Source: a virus
Lineage: Duplodnaviria; Caudoviricetes
IMG/VR virus record: IMGVR_UViG_3300023199_000016
Span: 1 to 59,811 of that record
Direction: 5' to 3' (one strand)
Length of the DNA: 59,811 nt
This document shows positions 54,770 through 59,811 of this stretch, in pieces (the first letter of the stretch is position 1; each line of letters opens with the position of its first letter). Under the pieces are notes generated by a model. It had not been told where the DNA came from. It was given only the letters and a program-made list of their open reading frames with translations, and searched no databases. The position numbers and the translations under genes were made by a program.

Positions 54770-56170
54770 TTAGTCGCGCATGCGTGCGTCCGCCGCGTAC
54801 ACGAGGGCTCGCTCTTCACGCGTGCCAACGTCGGCATACATGCGAAGCTTGACGTTGATGATGTCCTTCTTGAAGTCAGGACCTTTGCCTTCGTCATCAA
54901 CGATCTCGACGCCCGACCATCGACCAAGCAGCACCTGACTAAGATCACCACCGAACACGTCACCAAACTTCGCAAGCGAATTGATGGTCGCGTTGGAAGT
55001 GATCTGAGTCGAACCACCGAAGTCGCCAATGAGATCGCGAAGTCGTTGCTTGGAGATCATCGGCGCACCAAGCAAGTAGGACATCCGATCGGTTTGACCG
55101 GAGAACTGTGCGATCTTCAATTGACGAAGTCGACGCCACAGACGATGATGCGAGATCCACGACCACGGCTCAGTGTCAAGATCAAGATCTTCAACGACGC
55201 CCATCATGTTCATGAAGTCATCAAAGTCCATCTCACCGCCAACGGGTGAACCCGGAGCCGAAGCACCCGGACCGCCCTCACCGGTTTCGACGTAGTAGTG
55301 GTTGATGCCTGGCTTGTTATCGCCACTTGACGGGAACGTCTCCGCTCCGTGTCGTAGCATGTTCACAAGACCAAGCGGCATCGCATCAGTGCCCGTGCCA
55401 TACGGGATCGTCCAGTCGAGTTTCTTGGCGAGAGCCTTGACTGCATCGCCCCGCATCATCGTATCGAATGCAGGTGTTGCGAATCGTCGCATCTCGTCAG
55501 TGATCGACATCATCACGCCGAGTTTCTTCGGCGAAAGCGTTTCCAAACCGGTGCGAAGTTTGGACTCGATGTAGTCCTCTTCTTCGTCGATCCAGTATGC
55601 AACCGCTCCGCCGTAGGAACGAGGAATCTTGACCGGCATCCCGAAGAGCCCGTCCAGAACCGTCACCCGTGTGGTGCCTTCTGCACCATCAAGCGCCGCC
55701 CACACTGAAGAAGTGTAGATAGCAGGGATCAAGTCATCGAGCGCCTGATCAGGAATGAACGTGCCAGAGGACGAATCAACGCCGACGACATGGCCCGCGG
55801 CTTTCGACTCGGCCGCCTTGCGTGATTCTTCAATCACTTCCTTCTCGTATGGGGCGTACTCATCCCACTTACGAGTGATGTGACCGAGGCACGCACGCAG
55901 CAAGCTGAATTTCTTGCCGACGTCTTCGATGCCCGGGAACCACATGGCGTCTTTGGTCGTTCGGATGCGCTTGCGCACTTCCTCGAAGCCAGCCTTGAGC
56001 CGGTCGAATTCTTCAAGAGCCTTCTTGATGTCGAGCGACTCGAGGCCGTCGACTTTCGTTGAGATCTCTTTGAGTTTCTCCGTGAGAGTGGTGATGCCGG
56101 CGCTCAACGTTTCAACATTCTTGAGCAGTTGTGCGGCAGCAGTCTGTTCCGGAGTCTTTGAACCTGGCAT
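54770..56170 (-). CDS. major capsid protein (HK97 fold)
   Basis: N-terminal coiled-coil delta domain, GTFIP, AYWIDE, LSPKKLG, YGTG...PLG, FGGDLS. Confidence 0.93.
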   Translation of the reverse strand: MPGSKTPEQTAAAQLLKNVETLSAGITTLTEKLKEISTKVDGLESLDIKKALEEFDRLKAGFEEVRKRIRTTKDAMWFPGIEDVGKKFSLLRACLGHITRKWDEYAPYEKEVIEESRKAAESKAAGHVVGVDSSSGTFIPDQALDDLIPAIYTSSVWAALDGAEGTTRVTVLDGLFGMPVKIPRSYGGAVAYWIDEEEDYIESKLRTGLETLSPKKLGVMMSITDEMRRFATPAFDTMMRGDAVKALAKKLDWTIPYGTGTDAMPLGLVNMLRHGAETFPSSGDNKPGINHYYVETGEGGPGASAPGSPVGGEMDFDDFMNMMGVVEDLDLDTEPWSWISHHRLWRRLRQLKIAQFSGQTDRMSYLLGAPMISKQRLRDLIGDFGGSTQITSNATINSLAKFGDVFGGDLSQVLLGRWSGVEIVDDEGKGPDFKKDIINVKLRMYADVGTREERALVYAADARMRD

Positions 56171-56239
56171 AGTATAGATGCTCCTTTACTTGAATGAGTA
56201 TGCCAATGGTTAGTGGTTGACCTACGTCACTAAGAACGG

Positions 56240-57505
56240 TCAAACACTTTCGATTGCCGCACAGGCTTTCGAGGATGCGTTGAGCGCTGAAGAGATTGCG
56301 TCTCCTGTGTCGCCCTTCGCGTCATCATCATCCGGATCGGTATCATCCGGATCACCGGCGGGTTCATCACTTGATTCGGACACGCTTTCCTTGATGGCGT
56401 CAAGAGTCGCACCCAGGTTGGTCACAGACTCTTGCACTGCTGACATCTCGTCGCTGAGCGACGAAACCGCATCACCGAGCTCGGCGATCTTATCATCAAG
56501 TTTGTCTAACGCCTCCTTGACTTCCTTATCCATTTCGTCTGTCTCCTGCTTGGGTCGCGATCTTACGACCTCGTCGTGGATAGCGTCTAAGAGCAATGGA
56601 ACGTCCAGCTCTTTATGTTTCGGTAGTGATGCACAATGACCCAACGCTTTCCAGAATGTCAAGAGCCGTGCATCAGCCTCGGCCCACTGAGATGAATCTC
56701 CTTTCTCTTTCTTGATTCCACGTCGAGTCATTTCGCGAAGAACCTGTACATCGGCGGGATGCAGCTCTCCAGCTTGAGCCGCCTTTCGCAATGATCGACT
56801 AATTCGAGCACCCGGGTTCGCCGGGATAGTCACTGAAGAAACTTCAAGCAACTTGTTCTTACGAAGGATCGCACCGTATTCGGGCAATCCAATTTCTTCT
56901 CGCTCTTCGGGGTCCGTTATACGAACCACCTCACCCGGTCGAAAGCCAACCGACACCGATGGCATAATCCCGTGTTTCATCAGTCGAAAGATCGACATTG
57001 ACCAAGACCACTCTTCCAATCTTGGAAAGAGCAGGAGTTGGTGAAGTGACTTGCCTGTGTATCCATCGATGTCGGCCGTGTTTCGTCGCATCACTTTGGA
57101 ACGAATTGCATTCCCGACCGGAGGCATTCTCCAGTCGTGCTGAAACAACACAACCGCATTCAAAGCGTATTCGTCCAAGTCCCACGTTTGTTCGACGATG
57201 TCACCGTGTCGATCCACACGCTCATCAGATGACCAAACTGGAATGACATTCGGTTGCCCTTCGGTTGAGTAGACCTCCTCATCCCACTCAAGTCCGATTG
57301 CTTCAGCAAGTCGTTGCGCTTCTTCCAAGGTGATCGGCTTTGTTGGATCAGCGGCACGCACCATTGGTCGTTCAACGTAAAGCGTACCATCCTCTTCGCG
57401 TTCGTGAACAAGGCCGTCCTCTTCACGCATTTCAAGGTACTCTTCGACCGTAAGCGACTCGACGCTTTCCATCTTACGAAGAGCAAGGCTCAGTATCTTT
57501 GCCAT
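56240..57505 (-). CDS. HK97-type prohead protease with scaffold-like C-terminus
   Basis: DRHGDIV, VLFQHD, SVSVGF, LLEVSSVTIPANP. Confidence 0.9.
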   Translation of the reverse strand: MAKILSLALRKMESVESLTVEEYLEMREEDGLVHEREEDGTLYVERPMVRAADPTKPITLEEAQRLAEAIGLEWDEEVYSTEGQPNVIPVWSSDERVDRHGDIVEQTWDLDEYALNAVVLFQHDWRMPPVGNAIRSKVMRRNTADIDGYTGKSLHQLLLFPRLEEWSWSMSIFRLMKHGIMPSVSVGFRPGEVVRITDPEEREEIGLPEYGAILRKNKLLEVSSVTIPANPGARISRSLRKAAQAGELHPADVQVLREMTRRGIKKEKGDSSQWAEADARLLTFWKALGHCASLPKHKELDVPLLLDAIHDEVVRSRPKQETDEMDKEVKEALDKLDDKIAELGDAVSSLSDEMSAVQESVTNLGATLDAIKESVSESSDEPAGDPDDTDPDDDDAKGDTGDAISSALNASSKACAAIESV

Positions 57506-57519
57506 CGTTCTTTCCTATC

Positions 57520-59811
57520 TTAGTCTGCTGCAACACGCAAGCATCGACAATTGATCGTTTGATTGGGTGGTGCGGAAGGATCACCTGGATAGTGAAGCAC
57601 TCCTGATTGACCAACGAGTGACATGTAGTTGAAGCCCGCTTCAACTTTCTTTGTTCGTCCGAACTTGACGTGATCACTACGAACGTGTTCATCGCCCGCC
57701 GTGATCCAGATGTACTTCTCTACACCGCTCGCCTCGAGCATCAACTCTCGTGCGCCGTTCAAGAATCGTGTTGATTCGGTTCGTGCAATCTGCAATGTCT
57801 TCGCGGGTGAAGCGACTGCACCATACACATCGCGTATTCGTTTGCGAAGCTGTGCGACCGTTTCACCATTCGTGATTCCTTCAGTGAGCGACACTTCGAG
57901 ATTCTTTCGCAACGTACGCGGTGCATGATCGCCGATTCGTTTCTTCGCCTCTTCAAGATAACCTCGAAGCAACGGGTCATCAAGCTCAAAGACCAGCACA
58001 CCGCCCATCTCTGATTCAACGTAGTCATACGTTGAAAGAAGCGATTGTTCGTAGACCGGACCGTACTCTCCACGTATGCGTGACTGCATATCGACTACAT
58101 CTTGAAGCACTGCATCAACACTGGGCAGTTCTTTGACGTCTTTGTAAGCTCGGCTGTCTCGCACCGCTTGATTGAATAGTTGGGTTGTGATACGTCGCTC
58201 TTGGCTTGTCCACTTCGTCCAACGTTCTTTCATCAATCGTTCAGTGGGTGTATGCAGCCCACGTTGGTACGCACGCCACAGTCGGGCTCGTCTTCGACGT
58301 TCGCGGGCCGACTGCTTCGCACGTATCGTTCGATTGGCCTTGTCATCGTCACCCGATGTATCGTCATCGTCTGGGTCCGTCTCGGGCTCGTCATCGGGTT
58401 CGTCCGGTTCGTCTACTGGATTGGTCGCGTCCGTAGCGGGGATCAATAGAGGAGGAACCAGAGACACGTCATCGCCATCGTATTCGGGAACGTCCAACCC
58501 AACGACTTCCAACGAGAGACGGGGTGGTACGTGCAACGCTTGGCTTGACATGTCGCTTGCAATCTTCACCTTACTTTCAAGTCCAGCACGTAACGCCTCA
58601 ACGCCCGACACATCGAACATCGCCGTGATGTTGTCCGGTTCGTTCCAAAGCAACGTGCCATCAAGCACGTCCTCAATCAATCGAATGTTGGCGAATACGG
58701 TGTTATCCCAGAGATCTTTCTTCTGCACCAAAGCAGTCGCATAATTCTGCTGCTTCTCGCCAAGAGCACCGGGCGGTACACCTTCTGCTGCAAGCACCTC
58801 TTCTTTCGTAAGCTGTCGAGCTTTGATGAACTCCATGTCCTTCGGCTTCAGCATTGTTGGGACCCATTCCCAACCTCCGGTCAACGTCGTGACTCGCCCA
58901 ACGTTCTGAGTGCCGCCGTGACGTTGAAGCCACTCTTTCTCCATCTCCCGAACTTCGTCCGACTCAATGTCTTCCTTGTGAACAAGAACGCCTCCGGGTT
59001 CAGCGCCTTGCACAAGCACCGATCGGTTATGCTCGGCGGTTAGCATGTCAATGCTTATGCCCATCGCCACAGCGGAGATTGGTGACAATCCACGAAGCGG
59101 GTTCACTGGGTTGTAGTACTTGAATTGAATAAGCTCATCCGGTTCAAGTATCTTCTGCCCTTGCTGCCCGATGCCTGACTTCTGATTGATCGAGACACGC
59201 CACCCGCGAAACATTCCGCCCTGCACCAGTTCCTCGACACAAGTTGGTGCAAGGATATGCAACGAGTCGATGCTTGATGTATTGAAGTACGATGCAGGGT
59301 TCCCGCTTACGTCGAGCGGAAGCCAGAACGCTTCACCGTGTGTTTGCAGCCACAAGATCGTTGCAGCGACTAACGCACGACCGGACATCATCTCGTTTGG
59401 TCGCAGAAGCAGCGGTGTCATCGGGTGGTCATCATATGGTTCAATGCCCTTGACGCGAAGACCGTACTTTCGTTGCTCCTGTTGCAAGTACATCGATATG
59501 CATCGCCGATTCGACCCGAAGTTCGTCGCCTTACGATGTCCCAGTCGTTTGGCCATTGCTTCACGTTGTCTTGAGCGGTCCTCCGTTTCTGCAAAGATTC
59601 GTAGCGGCGCTTGATGCGTTGCCTTTGCAACCAGTTGTGCTGCGGCGTACACCCATACATGATTCGACAAAGGATCACGCGACCGCACTTGTGGCGGTGA
59701 TGTGACACGTGCCAACGATTGCAGGTAAGAACTGTACGCCTTCACCGCTACACGAAGATGCCCGTTGTCCGAAATGCCCCGACGAATCGGCTTGTCATCC
59801 GGACCGTAGAG
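57520..59811 (-). CDS. HK97-family portal fused to a Mu gpF/SPP1 gp7-like head morphogenesis domain (5' end runs off the window)
   Basis: WVYAA, HP...LL.RPN, RGLSPI, GVPP..LG; acidic linker; IARTE, WITAGDEHVR, YPGDP...INCRC; frame stays open to 59811 (LYGPDDKPI...). Confidence 0.9.
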   Translation of the reverse strand, partial: LYGPDDKPIRRGISDNGHLRVAVKAYSSYLQSLARVTSPPQVRSRDPLSNHVWVYAAAQLVAKATHQAPLRIFAETEDRSRQREAMAKRLGHRKATNFGSNRRCISMYLQQEQRKYGLRVKGIEPYDDHPMTPLLLRPNEMMSGRALVAATILWLQTHGEAFWLPLDVSGNPASYFNTSSIDSLHILAPTCVEELVQGGMFRGWRVSINQKSGIGQQGQKILEPDELIQFKYYNPVNPLRGLSPISAVAMGISIDMLTAEHNRSVLVQGAEPGGVLVHKEDIESDEVREMEKEWLQRHGGTQNVGRVTTLTGGWEWVPTMLKPKDMEFIKARQLTKEEVLAAEGVPPGALGEKQQNYATALVQKKDLWDNTVFANIRLIEDVLDGTLLWNEPDNITAMFDVSGVEALRAGLESKVKIASDMSSQALHVPPRLSLEVVGLDVPEYDGDDVSLVPPLLIPATDATNPVDEPDEPDDEPETDPDDDDTSGDDDKANRTIRAKQSARERRRRARLWRAYQRGLHTPTERLMKERWTKWTSQERRITTQLFNQAVRDSRAYKDVKELPSVDAVLQDVVDMQSRIRGEYGPVYEQSLLSTYDYVESEMGGVLVFELDDPLLRGYLEEAKKRIGDHAPRTLRKNLEVSLTEGITNGETVAQLRKRIRDVYGAVASPAKTLQIARTESTRFLNGARELMLEASGVEKYIWITAGDEHVRSDHVKFGRTKKVEAGFNYMSLVGQSGVLHYPGDPSAPPNQTINCRCLRVAAD

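Noticed and set aside
421-59614. Numerous plus-strand ORFs of 60-260 aa in the ORF track
   Set aside because: They are antisense shadows of motif-bearing minus-strand genes, lacking RBSs and recognisable domains
1-59811. tRNA genes, integrase, repressor, introns/inteins
   Set aside because: No cloverleaf with T-loop consensus, recombinase catalytic motifs or intein splice motifs were seen by eye; a tRNAscan/HMM run would be needed to exclude them fully

Overview
This window is an essentially complete ~59.8 kb tailed dsDNA phage genome (siphovirus-type: HK97-fold capsid, tail tube, tape measure, GTA-like tail tip). Every credible gene lies on the minus strand, and no integrase or repressor is recognisable. 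Transcription runs from high to low coordinates: portal(-MuF), protease, capsid, head-tail and tail genes; SNF2 helicase, SSB-like protein and DnaG-MCM primase-helicase; ThyX, MazG-like, C5-MTase-like, thymidylate-synthase-like, dNMP kinase, dCMP deaminase and PolA; a non-coding control region; early small genes; a DNA-repair and sugar-nucleotide block; then terminase and lysis-type genes. A Planctomycetota host is a weak inference. Four observations stand out. (1) Three type II pseudoknotted hammerhead ribozymes with covarying stem III punctuate the early operon, each between a stop codon and the next RBS. (2) There is a candidate new DNA-hypermodification pathway: a dCMP-specific TS homolog, a kinase and a T4-BGT-like DNA glycosyltransferase, fed by GDP-mannose 3',5'-epimerase, a GT75/STELLO-like protein and an AlgD-like dehydrogenase. 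This predicts an L-sugar, furanose or uronate on cytosine. (3) A C5-MTase homolog naturally carries Lys at the motif-X Asn, the substitution that turns engineered MTases into carboxymethyltransferases. (4) A ppGalNAc-T-like glycosyltransferase is encoded directly after a tail protein that ends in a mucin-like Thr/Pro repeat, suggesting virion O-glycosylation. All annotations come from motif recognition by eye, without database searches.
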